Positions 33,512 through 44,131 of a stretch of 64,000 nucleotides of DNA are shown here, in pieces. Location of the stretch: contig DIRP01000002.1 of the NCBI GenBank assembly GCA_002427525.1, positions 16,997 to 80,996 of the forward strand, given 5' to 3'. Each line of letters begins with the position of its first letter. Position 1 is the stretch's first letter. This DNA is from Bacteroidales bacterium UBA5433. GTDB lineage: Bacteria; Bacteroidota; Bacteroidia; Bacteroidales; UBA932. The translations under genes and the position numbers were made by a program. Under the pieces are notes generated by a model that ran no database searches, had not been told where the DNA came from, and worked only from the letters and a program-made list of their open reading frames with translations.

Positions 33512-35158
33512 ATGAAAACACATTATCTAGAATATATTAGAGACAGTATGGTTAAGGCGTGGGATTCGCCGGCAATGACCAATTACAACAAGAATTCCTA
33601 TACCTACGGAGAAGTAGCCCGGAATATAGCACGTCTTCAAATTTTATTTGAAAAAACCGGATTAAAAAAAGGCGATAAAGTAGCACTTTGCGGGCCCAAC
33701 AGTGCCGAGTGGGGTATTGCCTTTTTAGCGGTTACCAGTTACGAATCGGTAGCAGTGCCTTTACTGAATGATTTTCTTCCTGAAAGCATCATGACGCTGA
33801 CAGACCACTCCGAGGCACGTTTTTTATTTGTAAGTAAAGATATCTGGGAAAAGATGGATGTTGCCCGCATACCTTTGCTGGAGCTGGCAATTTGTTTGGA
33901 AAACAATGGCATTCTGTTTTCTAAAAACCCCGACTTCGTTGCAATTCACAACCACATAGATGAACTGTTCAGTCAAAAATATCCGGACGGTTTTGGACCG
34001 GAGCATGTAGATTATCCTACCGATAACCTGGATGATCTGGTATTGATAAATTACACTTCAGGTACTACAAGTGCTCCCAAGGGAGTAATGTTGACAAACC
34101 GCAATATTTCTTCTAACATACAGTATGGGCAAAGTGAAATACCCAACGGGCCGGAAGATACCCTGGTTTCTATGCTTCCTATGGCCCATATGTATGGGAT
34201 GGCTTTTGAGTTTTTATACCAATTGGCAGGCGGAACACAGGTTTTCTTCCTGGGGAAAGTTCCGTCACCCAAAGTTCTGTTTAATGCCCTGGCTACTGTA
34301 AAACCCTACATGATTATTACAGTACCTTTGGTTATTGAAAAAATCTTTAAAAGCTCTGTGTTTCCGACCATTCATAAACCTATAATTAAAGTTCTTATGA
34401 AGGTTCCCGGTCTGGCGGCTGTACTACATGCACAGATAAGAAAGAAGTTGTTGCATGCTTTTGGAGGCAATTTGCGTACACTGATTATTGGAGGAGCTGC
34501 CATCAATCAGGAAGTGGAAGATTTGATGAAAGCTATTAAACTGCCTTATACGGTAGGGTACGGAATGACAGAATGTGCACCGATTCTTGCTTATGAGGAT
34601 GTCTCAAAATTTGTAAAAAAATCATGTGGCAAGCCTGTGCACCGTATGTCATTGAGGGTAGCTTCACCGGATCCGGAAACAGGTATTGGAGAGTTGCAGG
34701 CACGCGGAGACAACGTAATGATGGGGTATTATAAAAATCCTGAAGCCACGGCTGCTGCGTTCACTAAAGACGGTTGGCTGCGGACCGGGGACCTGGGATA
34801 TATAGATAAAAAAAATAACGTGTTTATTAAAGGACGTAGCAAGAACCTGATTGTGGGAGCCAACGGCCAAAACATTTATCCGGAAGAAATTGAAGACAAA
34901 CTTAACAACCAGCCTTATGTCATTGAGTCCGTTGTTGTGGAACGGGACAAAAAGCTGGTGGCTTTGGTATTTCCGGATTACGACCGGGTATCTCAGGAAT
35001 CTCTGGATTCTACAGGTTTGTCAAGCCTGATGGAAGAAAATCGGTTGAGATTGAATATGTTGTTACCTGTTTTTAGCAGGATTGCTAAAATTGAACTACA
35101 AGACGAAGCTTTTGAAAAAACGCCCAAACGCAGTATCAAGCGGTTTTTGTACAAATAA
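33512..35158 (+). CDS. AMP-dependent acyl-CoA synthetase (long-chain fatty acid-CoA ligase-like)
   Basis: YTSGTTSAPKGV AMP-binding motif, GYGMTE, and TGDLG...D....FIKGRSKN. The first ATG is 33512 (the ORF-track start at 33506 is TTG). Confidence 0.85.
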   Translation: MKTHYLEYIRDSMVKAWDSPAMTNYNKNSYTYGEVARNIARLQILFEKTGLKKGDKVALCGPNSAEWGIAFLAVTSYESVAVPLLNDFLPESIMTLTDHSEARFLFVSKDIWEKMDVARIPLLELAICLENNGILFSKNPDFVAIHNHIDELFSQKYPDGFGPEHVDYPTDNLDDLVLINYTSGTTSAPKGVMLTNRNISSNIQYGQSEIPNGPEDTLVSMLPMAHMYGMAFEFLYQLAGGTQVFFLGKVPSPKVLFNALATVKPYMIITVPLVIEKIFKSSVFPTIHKPIIKVLMKVPGLAAVLHAQIRKKLLHAFGGNLRTLIIGGAAINQEVEDLMKAIKLPYTVGYGMTECAPILAYEDVSKFVKKSCGKPVHRMSLRVASPDPETGIGELQARGDNVMMGYYKNPEATAAAFTKDGWLRTGDLGYIDKKNNVFIKGRSKNLIVGANGQNIYPEEIEDKLNNQPYVIESVVVERDKKLVALVFPDYDRVSQESLDSTGLSSLMEENRLRLNMLLPVFSRIAKIELQDEAFEKTPKRSIKRFLYK

Positions 35159-35159
35159 A

Positions 35160-35723
35160 TCAGATAGAAAACACACACCCGCAATACGTCTGTCTGTACA
35201 GATGTTCTTTTTGGGATAACTCTACAGAACGCCTGAATCCGTCTTTCTTTTTAAAATCTGAAGGAAGGTAGGAAATACCTCCTGTCCGGCAGGCTGTTTC
35301 TTCCCCCAAAGTATTAATTAGTTTTGCGTTTTTGTGCGGACTAAGTGTTAGCGTGGTGCAAAAGAAGTCAAAATTGTTTTCTTTGGCATACCGTGCTGTT
35401 TCCTGCAACCGCAAACGAAAACAAATTTCACACCTGCGACCTCCTTCCGGTTCGTTTTCATAACCCCGGACAGCTTCCAGGAAAAGTGCAGGGTCTGCAT
35501 TTCCTGCAACAAACGGAATTTTTGAACCATAAGTCTGCTGTATGTACCTCTCGGCTTCGTTTTTCCTTTTATCGTATTCTGCATTTGGCGCAATGTTGGG
35601 GTTGAAAAAGAAAACGGATACAGCATAGTGCGGAACCAAACGTTCCAACACTGTTGTAGAACAGGGTCCGCAACAGACATGAAGCAATAACCGGGGAAGT
35701 TTGTTTTCCATAGGAATATTCAT
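35160..35723 (-). CDS. queH: epoxyqueuosine reductase QueH (DUF208)
   Basis: LLLHVCCGPCS, plus RC..CF..RL and YRQ.YCGC cysteine motifs characteristic of DUF208/QueH. The true start may be the second Met (35711). Confidence 0.85.
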   Translation of the reverse strand: MNIPMENKLPRLLLHVCCGPCSTTVLERLVPHYAVSVFFFNPNIAPNAEYDKRKNEAERYIQQTYGSKIPFVAGNADPALFLEAVRGYENEPEGGRRCEICFRLRLQETARYAKENNFDFFCTTLTLSPHKNAKLINTLGEETACRTGGISYLPSDFKKKDGFRRSVELSQKEHLYRQTYCGCVFSI

Positions 35724-35743
35724 TCAAATATAATGAATTTGAT

Positions 35744-35751
35744 TACTTTTG
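35744..35751 (+). promoter_or_regulatory. -7 promoter box (TACTTTTG) for the RND efflux operon
   Basis: Exact TAnnTTTG match 18 nt upstream of the ATG at 35770. Confidence 0.4.
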
Positions 35752-35769
35752 CACCTAATATAATGTAAC

Positions 35770-36822
35770 ATGATGAAATCAATAAATAATCAGACCGTAC
35801 TGGTTTTATCTGCCTTGCTTTTTTTTGTGACTTCCTGCCATTCCGGGACCTCTAATCAGAAGCAGGCTGGGGGGCCTGTGAAGGTTAAGGTTCATACTGT
35901 TTCTGAAAACAGTATGAAGTCAGAAAGGGAGTACGTTGGCGTGGTAGAAGAGGCTAGTAATGTAGCTTTGAGTTTTCCGTCACCCGGTAAGATTAAAAAG
36001 GTGTATGTTTCTGTTGGACAGCATGTACGTGAAGGACAGGTGTTGGCTTGTACCGATTCGGAAACTTTGGAAAATATGCACGCTACTTCGCTGGCAATGC
36101 TCAAACAAGCAGAAGATGCCTGGGACAGGATGACGCTTCTTTATGAATCGGGTACTTTACCGGAAATTCAGTACGTTGAAATTCGGACCAAACTGGAGCA
36201 AGCGAGAGCTTCAGAAAGGATTGCTGCCCGGGCGCTGGCAGAAACAGAATTAAGAGCGCCTATGGAAGGAATAGTAGGCAGGCGCATGGTAGAAGTAGGA
36301 ATGAACGTACTGCCTGACCAGCCTGTAATGACCCTGCTGAATACACGCAGACCTGTAGTCAACATTTCCGTTCCTGAAAATGAGGTGTTTGATACAAAAA
36401 CAGGACAGACCTCCCGGATACAGGTTGGTGCTTTGAAAAACCTGGAATTAACCGGAAAGGTAACGGAAAAAGGTGTGAAGGCACACCCTTATACACACGG
36501 GTACGGAGTGAAAATTACCCTTGACAGGGAAGTTCCCGGCTTGCTTCCGGGCATGGTATGTAAGGTATATCTTAACAATGTACCTGTGGAAAGCAACGTA
36601 GTGGTTCCGCCACGTGCCATTATTCCGGAAGCATATAAACGGGGACATTATGTGTGGGTACTGGACAATGAAAATGAAGTTCACAAAAGAACGGTACGTA
36701 TTGGAGGAATTGTTCCCGGAGGAATAACAATCAAAGAAGGAGTATCACCGGGAGAAAGGGTGGTTGAAGAAGGCCACCAGAGAGTAAGTGAAAATATTAA
36801 AGTAGAGGTAGTCAATGAGTAA
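35770..36822 (+). CDS. RND efflux periplasmic adaptor (membrane fusion protein)
   Basis: Lipoprotein signal (FFVTSC), a biotinyl/lipoyl-like hairpin (G.I..V.V..G..V..GQVL) and L.AP..G.V motifs. Overlaps the RND pump gene by 8 nt. Confidence 0.85.
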   Translation: MMKSINNQTVLVLSALLFFVTSCHSGTSNQKQAGGPVKVKVHTVSENSMKSEREYVGVVEEASNVALSFPSPGKIKKVYVSVGQHVREGQVLACTDSETLENMHATSLAMLKQAEDAWDRMTLLYESGTLPEIQYVEIRTKLEQARASERIAARALAETELRAPMEGIVGRRMVEVGMNVLPDQPVMTLLNTRRPVVNISVPENEVFDTKTGQTSRIQVGALKNLELTGKVTEKGVKAHPYTHGYGVKITLDREVPGLLPGMVCKVYLNNVPVESNVVVPPRAIIPEAYKRGHYVWVLDNENEVHKRTVRIGGIVPGGITIKEGVSPGERVVEEGHQRVSENIKVEVVNE

Positions 36823-39800
36823 CAAAAGAAGAGGCGTTGTTGAATGGACAATGCACTACCATAAGATTGTCTTGCTTCTTGTTGCCTTTTTGGTAGTACT
36901 GGGCATTTTTGCTCTACCCAATATGCCAAAGAAAGAATACCCGGATTTTACCATAAGAAATGCCCTGGTACTGGGTATATATCCCGGGGCTTCCTCGGAA
37001 CAGGTAGAAGCACAGCTTACCATCCCTCTTGAAAAACATCTTCTTAGTTATAAGGGAGTTGACCGTGAAAAGACTTATTCAATTACCAGAGACGGTCTGG
37101 TATATTTTGTTTTGGATCTGAAGGAAAGCGAGAAATCTCCCCGTAACTTTTATGCTACCTTGAGAATAGATCTGGAAGAGTTCCAGATGCAGCTTCCCTC
37201 AGGCGTTTTACCCATTATGGTACTCAGTGAATTTGGAGAAACGTCAGCCATCCTCATTACATTGGAAAGCGAAGCTTTATCTTACGAAAATCTGGAAGAT
37301 TTGCTGAGTACACTGGAGGGACGTTTGAGTACCCTGCCCATTGTAACAAATCTTAAAAGTTACGGACACCAGAACGAGCAAGCCAACCTGTATCTTGATA
37401 AAGAGAAACTGGCTGCCTATGCCATCAATGCACAACAGGTGCTGGCACAGCTTTTTTCCGGAGGTTTTGTAACGTCAGCCGGCTCACTTAATTTAAGTAG
37501 CGGTCTTATTCCCATACACCTGTACAACTCATACCAGAGTGAAGAGGAAATACTGGAGCAACCCCTTTATTTTGATGAATCCGGCAATGTGCTGCGTGTC
37601 AAAGATCTGGGTTACATCCTGCATGAATATCCTGAACCGACAAGCTACATCACCAATAATGGTAAAAAATGCCTGCTTCTTTCTCTGGAAATGAGCTATG
37701 GATACAATATGGTTGAACTTGGAAAGCAGGTGGATACTATCTTGAAAGAATTTGAAAATGAATTGCCGGCAGATGTAGGTGTTTACCGTATTTCAGATCA
37801 GCCGCGTGTTGTTTCAGATTCCGTTTATTCTTTTTTAAGGGATATGCTCATTTCTGTCCTGACAGTAATAGCTGTCATGGTACTTATGCTGCCCATGAGG
37901 GTGGCTTCTGTAGCTGCTACGTCTATTCCTATAACTATATTCATCTCCCTTGGGATAATGTATGTTTTTGGTTTTGAGATAAATACGGTTACATTGGCTT
38001 CGCTTTTGGTAGTCCTTGGCATGGTAGTGGACGATAGCATTGTAGTCATTGACAATTACCTGAATTACCTGGATTACGGCATGAGCCGGTGGAAGGCATC
38101 TATAACAGCTGCCAATTCTTATTTCCGGTCCATCTTCTCGGCAACCATGGCTATAAGTATTACTTTTTTCCCTTTCCTTTTTACATTACCCGAGAATTTT
38201 GCTGAGTTTATATTCATGGCGCCCTGGGCCATATTTATTTCGTTAATGGTTTCCATGGGAGTAGCTATGTTATACATTCCTTATTTCCAATATTTTACTA
38301 TACGAAAAGGAATTCAACAGGTAGTTGAAAAACAAAGGCAGAAAAGCAAAAAAGGCATTTCTTTACTGGAATTGTTTGGTGTTTTCTATGAAAAATCCTT
38401 AAAAAAGGCTTTTGCACATCCTGTTGTTGTGGTAGTAACTGTTGTTTTGTTTTTGGTCCTTCCGGTTTTTGTTTACCAGAAGATGCCCAAACGGCTGATG
38501 CCCATGGCCGACAGAAATCAATTTGTTATAGAAATGTACCTGCCTTTTGGATCTTCGGTAAAAGAAACAGAAGTCGTTGCCGATTCGTTACGCAGGATGA
38601 TCCAGGAAGACGAACGGGTTCTTGCCGTTACTTCCTTTATTGGAACCAGTGCACCCAGGTTTCAGGGATCTTATGCCCCGCAGATACCGGGGCCACATTT
38701 TGGCCAGTTTATTGTAAATACCCCTTCTTCCAAAGCAACAGTACAACTTGTTAAAGAGTTCCAGAAGAAATACATACATTATTTTCCCGGAACATACGTT
38801 CGTGTAAGGCAGTTGGATTATTCCATGTTAACAGATAATGAAGTGGAAGTGAGGTTGATAGGAGAAGACAAAGACGCCCTTATACAGCTTGCAGATTCTT
38901 TGCAACATGTGATTGCCGGGATTCCCTACGTGGCTAATGTACGTTCCGATTTTGGCGGTTATCAGTATGGATTGAATTTGCAAGCAGATCCTGTGAGAGC
39001 TGCCCGTACCGGCATCAACCCCGGTTTGCTGTCTTTGAATCTGGCATCCAGGTTTGCAGGAATACCTGTTACTTCCCTTATACAGGATGGAAAGAGTATT
39101 CCGGTGGTACTGCATATTGACGGACAAGAAGGAACTATTGCGCCGGAAACTCTGGGTAATGAATATTTTCAGGGAATTGTTCCGGGAGCCGGTGTCCCGC
39201 TCAGACAAATTGCAGATCTGGAACCGGAATGGAATATTTCCCAGATTGTCAGAAGAAACGGATATCCCACACTTACGTTGATGGTAGATCTGGATCACGG
39301 AAGGGTGTCAACGGATGTATTTGATCGTGTAGTAGAGGTTATGGAGCATACTATAATTCCAGATGGAGTCCGTTATGAATACGCAGGAACATATAAGGCA
39401 GATAAAGATATGATGCCCGGGATTATGCAAGGCGTGGGTATTGCTGTTTTTCTTATTTTTCTAATCCTTCTTTTCCATTTCAAAAAAGTATCCTTGGCGG
39501 TTATGGTTTTGGGCTCTACAACACTGAGTGTTTTGGGGGCTCTTGTAGGAACGTGGATCATGAACCTGCACATTAGCCTGACAACTTATCTGGGGTTGGT
39601 TACGCTGATAGGTCTTGTTGTAAAAAACGGTATCATTATGTTTGATTATGCAGAATTATTAAGGCTCAAAGGGTATTCGGTTAAAGAGGCAGCCTATATG
39701 GCCGGTTGCAGGCGTATAAGGCCTATTTTTCAAACGTCTGCATCAACAGCTGTAGCTGTCATACCTATGTTGGTTACAAGGGATTCTTTATGGGCTCCTA

Positions 39801-39940
39801 TGGCCGCAACTATTTTCTTTGGAATCTTAACCTCTATGTTCTTTGTTTCTCTTTTTATGCCGGTTATTTATTGGCTGGTTTATAGAAAACAGGATGCATT
39901 AAAAAAAATCAAAGAACCAAAAAACAGGATATTGCCATGA
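36815..39940 (+). CDS. RND family efflux permease (AcrB/HAE1-like)
   Basis: 1041 aa with 12 predicted TM segments in a 1+5/1+5 arrangement around two large periplasmic loops. LGMVVDDSIVVIDN is the conserved TM4 proton-relay block. Confidence 0.93.
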   Translation: MSNKRRGVVEWTMHYHKIVLLLVAFLVVLGIFALPNMPKKEYPDFTIRNALVLGIYPGASSEQVEAQLTIPLEKHLLSYKGVDREKTYSITRDGLVYFVLDLKESEKSPRNFYATLRIDLEEFQMQLPSGVLPIMVLSEFGETSAILITLESEALSYENLEDLLSTLEGRLSTLPIVTNLKSYGHQNEQANLYLDKEKLAAYAINAQQVLAQLFSGGFVTSAGSLNLSSGLIPIHLYNSYQSEEEILEQPLYFDESGNVLRVKDLGYILHEYPEPTSYITNNGKKCLLLSLEMSYGYNMVELGKQVDTILKEFENELPADVGVYRISDQPRVVSDSVYSFLRDMLISVLTVIAVMVLMLPMRVASVAATSIPITIFISLGIMYVFGFEINTVTLASLLVVLGMVVDDSIVVIDNYLNYLDYGMSRWKASITAANSYFRSIFSATMAISITFFPFLFTLPENFAEFIFMAPWAIFISLMVSMGVAMLYIPYFQYFTIRKGIQQVVEKQRQKSKKGISLLELFGVFYEKSLKKAFAHPVVVVVTVVLFLVLPVFVYQKMPKRLMPMADRNQFVIEMYLPFGSSVKETEVVADSLRRMIQEDERVLAVTSFIGTSAPRFQGSYAPQIPGPHFGQFIVNTPSSKATVQLVKEFQKKYIHYFPGTYVRVRQLDYSMLTDNEVEVRLIGEDKDALIQLADSLQHVIAGIPYVANVRSDFGGYQYGLNLQADPVRAARTGINPGLLSLNLASRFAGIPVTSLIQDGKSIPVVLHIDGQEGTIAPETLGNEYFQGIVPGAGVPLRQIADLEPEWNISQIVRRNGYPTLTLMVDLDHGRVSTDVFDRVVEVMEHTIIPDGVRYEYAGTYKADKDMMPGIMQGVGIAVFLIFLILLFHFKKVSLAVMVLGSTTLSVLGALVGTWIMNLHISLTTYLGLVTLIGLVVKNGIIMFDYAELLRLKGYSVKEAAYMAGCRRIRPIFQTSASTAVAVIPMLVTRDSLWAPMAATIFFGILTSMFFVSLFMPVIYWLVYRKQDALKKIKEPKNRILP

Positions 39941-41217
39941 GGAAAGCACTTTATATCTTATTCCTGGTTTGTTTTCCGGCTTTGCAATACCTCCATGCCC
40001 AACCCTATACCCTGGAAGATTGTCGGAGGATAGCTCTTGAAAGAAATGCCATGGTACAGGAAGTCAAGCTGGGCGAAGAAGTGGCAAAGCAAACAAGAAA
40101 CCAGGCCATTACGTATTATTTTCCCGATATTTCCCTTATGGGATTTGGTTTTCAGGCATCCAACCCCATGATGAATATTGATCTTGGGATGTTGGGAAAT
40201 ATGGCTTTGCTGAAAGACGGAATTTTGGCAAGTGCTGTGGCTGTTCAGCCGGTATTTACAGGTGGTAAGATATTGTATGGAAACAAATTGGCTAAAACCG
40301 GGATCTTTGCCAGTGAGCTTTTTACTGCCATGAAGCAGGATGAGGTGCTGGCACAAACAGAAGAATACTACTGGTTGTTGTACTCTTTGTATGAAAAACA
40401 AAATACCGTTTCGAGTATGAAACAGGTATTGGATACCCTTACCAAAGACGTGCAACAGGCTTACAAAGCAGGAGTACTGGGACAGCATGAAGTATTAAAG
40501 GTTCAGCTTCAAAAAAATACGCTTGAGAATAAAAACGTAGAATTGGAAAACGGGATTTTTCTGGCAACTATGGCTTTGGCTCATCAGATGGGGTTGCCGG
40601 TAGATTCTCTGGACGGGTTCCGGCTGCATTTTCCGTCAGACTTACAGGTACGTGATCCTATGGAATTGTATGCAGACCCTGCGTCTGTAATTGCCTCCAG
40701 AACAGAATACAAATTGTTGCAAACAGGAGTACGCGCTGCAGAGCTGGAAACAAAAATGGAACGCTCGGCTTACTTGCCCAAAGTAGGAGTTGGTGCTATG
40801 TACTATTATGAGAATTTATTGGACAAAAACAATTGGAACGGTGCTGTTATGGCAGCCGTTCAGGTTCCAATTTCCAGTTGGGGCAGGGGGTCGTTTGCCA
40901 TCCGTCAGAAAAAGATTGAAGAAAAACGTGCCCGTATCCGTGAAGAAGACGGGCATCAACAACTGCTCATGCAAATACAGCAGGCCTGGGGGACGTATGT
41001 AGAAGCCTACTTGAAATACGAGTTGGCAGAACTGGCCGTTTCAGCCTCTGAAGAAAATGCCAGAATTAACGAACAATACTTCAAAGCCGGAACAGTTAAT
41101 CTTACGGAATTATTAGCTGCACGAGGAGGACTTCAACAAAGCCGGGATAATAAGACAGATGCCCTGAAAGATTACCAACTGGCTAAGAGTAAGTATTTGC
41201 AGGTAACAGGCCGTTAA
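39937..41217 (+). CDS. TolC-family outer-membrane efflux protein
   Basis: Signal peptide and two repeats of the coiled-coil/beta architecture. The Y.PD.SL..F start and the AG..N.TELL.A....Q......AL.DY ending are typical of OEP family members. ATGA overlap with the pump gene. Confidence 0.85.
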   Translation: MRKALYILFLVCFPALQYLHAQPYTLEDCRRIALERNAMVQEVKLGEEVAKQTRNQAITYYFPDISLMGFGFQASNPMMNIDLGMLGNMALLKDGILASAVAVQPVFTGGKILYGNKLAKTGIFASELFTAMKQDEVLAQTEEYYWLLYSLYEKQNTVSSMKQVLDTLTKDVQQAYKAGVLGQHEVLKVQLQKNTLENKNVELENGIFLATMALAHQMGLPVDSLDGFRLHFPSDLQVRDPMELYADPASVIASRTEYKLLQTGVRAAELETKMERSAYLPKVGVGAMYYYENLLDKNNWNGAVMAAVQVPISSWGRGSFAIRQKKIEEKRARIREEDGHQQLLMQIQQAWGTYVEAYLKYELAELAVSASEENARINEQYFKAGTVNLTELLAARGGLQQSRDNKTDALKDYQLAKSKYLQVTGR

Positions 41218-41235
41218 GGTTTTACACGAAATCTG

Positions 41236-42933
41236 TTAAGGATCTACACGAAACACTTGTTGCGTACGAAACGGTACGCCTTCTTTGCTCATGCCTTCCG
41301 CCACAACAACAAAGGTTCCCGTAGTCTCTGCCGTTTTCAGCAACAGGGTTACTGATTCATTGGCATGCAAATCTACACGGGGATTCCAGTACAAGGTATG
41401 GCGCAGGTCCGGTAAGCGGCTTCCTTCAGGTACCACCCCAAAAGTCCGCGGATGTTGTACGCCCTGGAAATCCTGAATTCGCATAGATTCTTCCAGCTCA
41501 AGCTCGGGGAAGTCTCCCCGGTACGTTTTCAGGAAAATGATTCCGTTATAGTAAATCGGACCAAAAGCATATTTATCGGGATAAATGGTAATTTCTTTAA
41601 CCAGACTGGGAGGGTAATTGTATATCTTGTTGTGGTTTGGAACCGGTATCCCATCCAGTAAAACCAGGGGAGGCGTAGGATCTTCCACTTCAAAAGCAAC
41701 TCCGTGAGCATCCCGCAAACGTACTTGCAGTTTTCGTTCTCCTTTAACAGTACGGAAACGAACTTCCTGAATGAATTCTACCACAACTTCTGCCATCGTA
41801 GGGAAACGTGTATATTCGTCCAGCTTGTAAACTATTCCAGAGTTTTCAAAAAGAAGGTTGTTTTCATAGGGTATAACAGGAGATAACGTATCCATCCGGA
41901 AAGTCTGGTATACCTGTACAGCCAGACTTCTGTCCGTTAAAATACCTGCTTGTTTTTCATCCAGGCTCAAAGTGGGCAGTTCTTCTACAGTTGGATGCAG
42001 GTAAATGGAATCCAGCACAAGATGGTATTTTTTTTCGGTAAGCGAGGGCACATGGCTTACCAAAGTACCGTTGCCGTGCAGGTTGGAAGTAAAAAACCTG
42101 ACCTTTCCGTTTTCTCTTATTTCTCCTGTGAAATATTGGATTTCACTGCCTGCAATAGATAAATACGTACCAAACCCTTCTACATAGGGTGTTGGTACGT
42201 TGTTTTCATCTACAATATGTCCGTGAATCACTTCACCTGTATAATCAACCCTGTGGAACTTAAAATCTGATGTTTGTTCATGCAAAGTGCTATCAACAAC
42301 AGTTGTTATAGACGGGTTTTTATGGTAGTTCAGGCCGTCTGCGTGAAAAACCGAAACAGAAGCAGACACAAAATCCGGTAACAGATTTTTCAGAGTAAGC
42401 TTAACTTCCTGTTGCGTTTTAAACTGTTTTTTGTTTGTAGAAATCTGAAACAATTTACTTTCTTCATCCTGCATATCATATGATGCGGTAACTTCTTCCT
42501 GTTCCTTGCCAATGGCAGTCACATTATCTGAACGGATCGATGACAAAGGGTTGTAGATAGTAAGGTACTTTGAATAGTAATTCAATGCATTTTCGGAATA
42601 CATATAGCGTGTATATCCCGTAAGCCTGTAAATACCGGTAGGCAATGTTGCGGGTAAGAGAACCATGCCGTTGCCACGGCCTTTTTTCAAAGCAATCTTG
42701 GATTGTACCAGGGAACTTGTGAGGTTTTGAATTTCCAGGTATGCAACTGCACTAACAGCAGAAGGTTTTCCTGTTGTCGCGTCGTAGCAAAAAGCTGAAA
42801 CCCATAAAGGTTCTCCGGCAAGGTAGCATTCTTTATCCGTACTCAGGTAAAGGCGTTCATGTGGTATGTCCGTTTGTGCAACCAGTGAAGAACCCTGAAG
42901 AATAAATAAAATAGGTATAAGGATACGTTTCAT
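41236..42933 (-). CDS. secreted hypothetical protein with an N-terminal MG2 (alpha-2-macroglobulin)-like segment
   Basis: I chose the ATG at 42933, which gives the signal peptide MKRILIPILFILQGSSLVAQ. LYLSTDKECYLAGEPLWVSAF resembles the TD+.iY+PGe.v start of MG2 domains. The rest is unrecognised. Confidence 0.4.
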   Translation of the reverse strand: MKRILIPILFILQGSSLVAQTDIPHERLYLSTDKECYLAGEPLWVSAFCYDATTGKPSAVSAVAYLEIQNLTSSLVQSKIALKKGRGNGMVLLPATLPTGIYRLTGYTRYMYSENALNYYSKYLTIYNPLSSIRSDNVTAIGKEQEEVTASYDMQDEESKLFQISTNKKQFKTQQEVKLTLKNLLPDFVSASVSVFHADGLNYHKNPSITTVVDSTLHEQTSDFKFHRVDYTGEVIHGHIVDENNVPTPYVEGFGTYLSIAGSEIQYFTGEIRENGKVRFFTSNLHGNGTLVSHVPSLTEKKYHLVLDSIYLHPTVEELPTLSLDEKQAGILTDRSLAVQVYQTFRMDTLSPVIPYENNLLFENSGIVYKLDEYTRFPTMAEVVVEFIQEVRFRTVKGERKLQVRLRDAHGVAFEVEDPTPPLVLLDGIPVPNHNKIYNYPPSLVKEITIYPDKYAFGPIYYNGIIFLKTYRGDFPELELEESMRIQDFQGVQHPRTFGVVPEGSRLPDLRHTLYWNPRVDLHANESVTLLLKTAETTGTFVVVAEGMSKEGVPFRTQQVFRVDP

Positions 42934-42944
42934 ATCAAGTACAT

Positions 42945-44126
42945 TCAATACCGCGGCCATTCTGCAGGCCAGAAAGAGGGTATATTTATAGTTCCGCCCT
43001 TACTCCGGCAATCAATGCACCGTGTAAGGTTCCAGTAGCTGGCCTTGGCCAGGGGATCAACCAAATAAGGCGAGTATCCTTCTTGTTTCAGACGGGCCAG
43101 GCTTTGTGCACTTGCACTTAGCGGCATAAGGGTATCTTCCGGCAACCTTTCACGCGGGTACCCCGGAAGGCCCATACAGGAAATAAAGAGTCTTTTACTA
43201 ACTGAATTGCATACAGAAACAAAGCCAATCGCCCGGACAGAAGGATCAGATACACAACGGATGTTGCCGCTTATTTCATTGGGTTGCGGAGAGAAAAGAT
43301 CTCCAATGTCGTTCGAATTCTTTTTCATATTCTGCATATAAGCATAGGCGTCCCGGTCAAGTACCGTCTGAATTACTTCAATGGAATAGTGCTGCGTAAT
43401 ACGAATATCTCTGAAATTAATGGTGTGTAACACTAGGTCATTGATCCGGTCTTCGGAAAGGGATGATGTTTCTACAAGGAGAATCTCTGAAGATTCCCTG
43501 TTGTCCCAGCAACGGTACATCCAGGGCCTGAAGTCTTCTGTTTCCTTGACTATATTGTTATCCAGAAAAGCCAAAGACATAATTTGGGAAACATAATCCC
43601 ATGATTCCCTGAACTTCCAGTTGTAATGTGTAGATTCTCCTGAAATATCATAGGTGTCAACATAGATTATTAATTTCTCCTGTAAGGTATCTATTTTGTA
43701 ATGAAGTTCCATACTGCTGCTGTGCCTGGCTTTTCTAAAATCAGACTCATAGGTAGTTCCGTCTTGCAATTCAATAACAAGCTGGTATTCGCTCTGCAGA
43801 TCGGGAGATTGATCAGAAAAATCAAAATGGTATTCTCCATAAGCTGAATGGGATTCAGAAGTATAGACAGTCCCATACCTATCCCTCACATACACCAGTG
43901 CGTTGCGTTCGTAGTGAATAGATCCGGGACTTGAACTTGTTGTGGGGAGGGCTGCGCTGCGGGTAATCTGGATGTCAAAGGGACCGGTGATGGAAATGTT
44001 TCCTTCAACTACCAGGATTCCTTCTTTGTTAAGCAATTCCCCGGGTTCATAGGGAACAATGCAGGATACAGCCAACAGTGCCGGAAAAACAATACCAAGT
44101 ATTTTTAACAAGTATTTTTTGTACAT
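42945..44126 (-). CDS. DUF4249-like lipoprotein
   Basis: Lipoprotein signal (LLAVSC), then Y.P.......ILVVEGNIS....F.IQITRS as in DUF4249. It sits immediately downstream of a TonB-dependent receptor, the usual context. The ATG at 44126 is preferred (the ORF-track start at 44135 is TTG). Confidence 0.6.
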   Translation of the reverse strand: MYKKYLLKILGIVFPALLAVSCIVPYEPGELLNKEGILVVEGNISITGPFDIQITRSAALPTTSSSPGSIHYERNALVYVRDRYGTVYTSESHSAYGEYHFDFSDQSPDLQSEYQLVIELQDGTTYESDFRKARHSSSMELHYKIDTLQEKLIIYVDTYDISGESTHYNWKFRESWDYVSQIMSLAFLDNNIVKETEDFRPWMYRCWDNRESSEILLVETSSLSEDRINDLVLHTINFRDIRITQHYSIEVIQTVLDRDAYAYMQNMKKNSNDIGDLFSPQPNEISGNIRCVSDPSVRAIGFVSVCNSVSKRLFISCMGLPGYPRERLPEDTLMPLSASAQSLARLKQEGYSPYLVDPLAKASYWNLTRCIDCRSKGGTINIPSFWPAEWPRY

Positions 44127-44131
44127 AAAGA

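Noticed and set aside
18808-35723. queA and queH in the same window as a queuosine gene cluster.
   Set aside because: They are 15 kb apart, on opposite strands and in unrelated transcription units. Their co-occurrence in 64 kb is most simply coincidence.
41223-41253. A direct repeat of TACACGAAA (41223-41231 and 41245-41253) downstream of the TolC-like gene.
   Set aside because: It is only 9 bp, and one copy lies inside the 3' end of the convergent CDS. There is no dyad symmetry or further copies.
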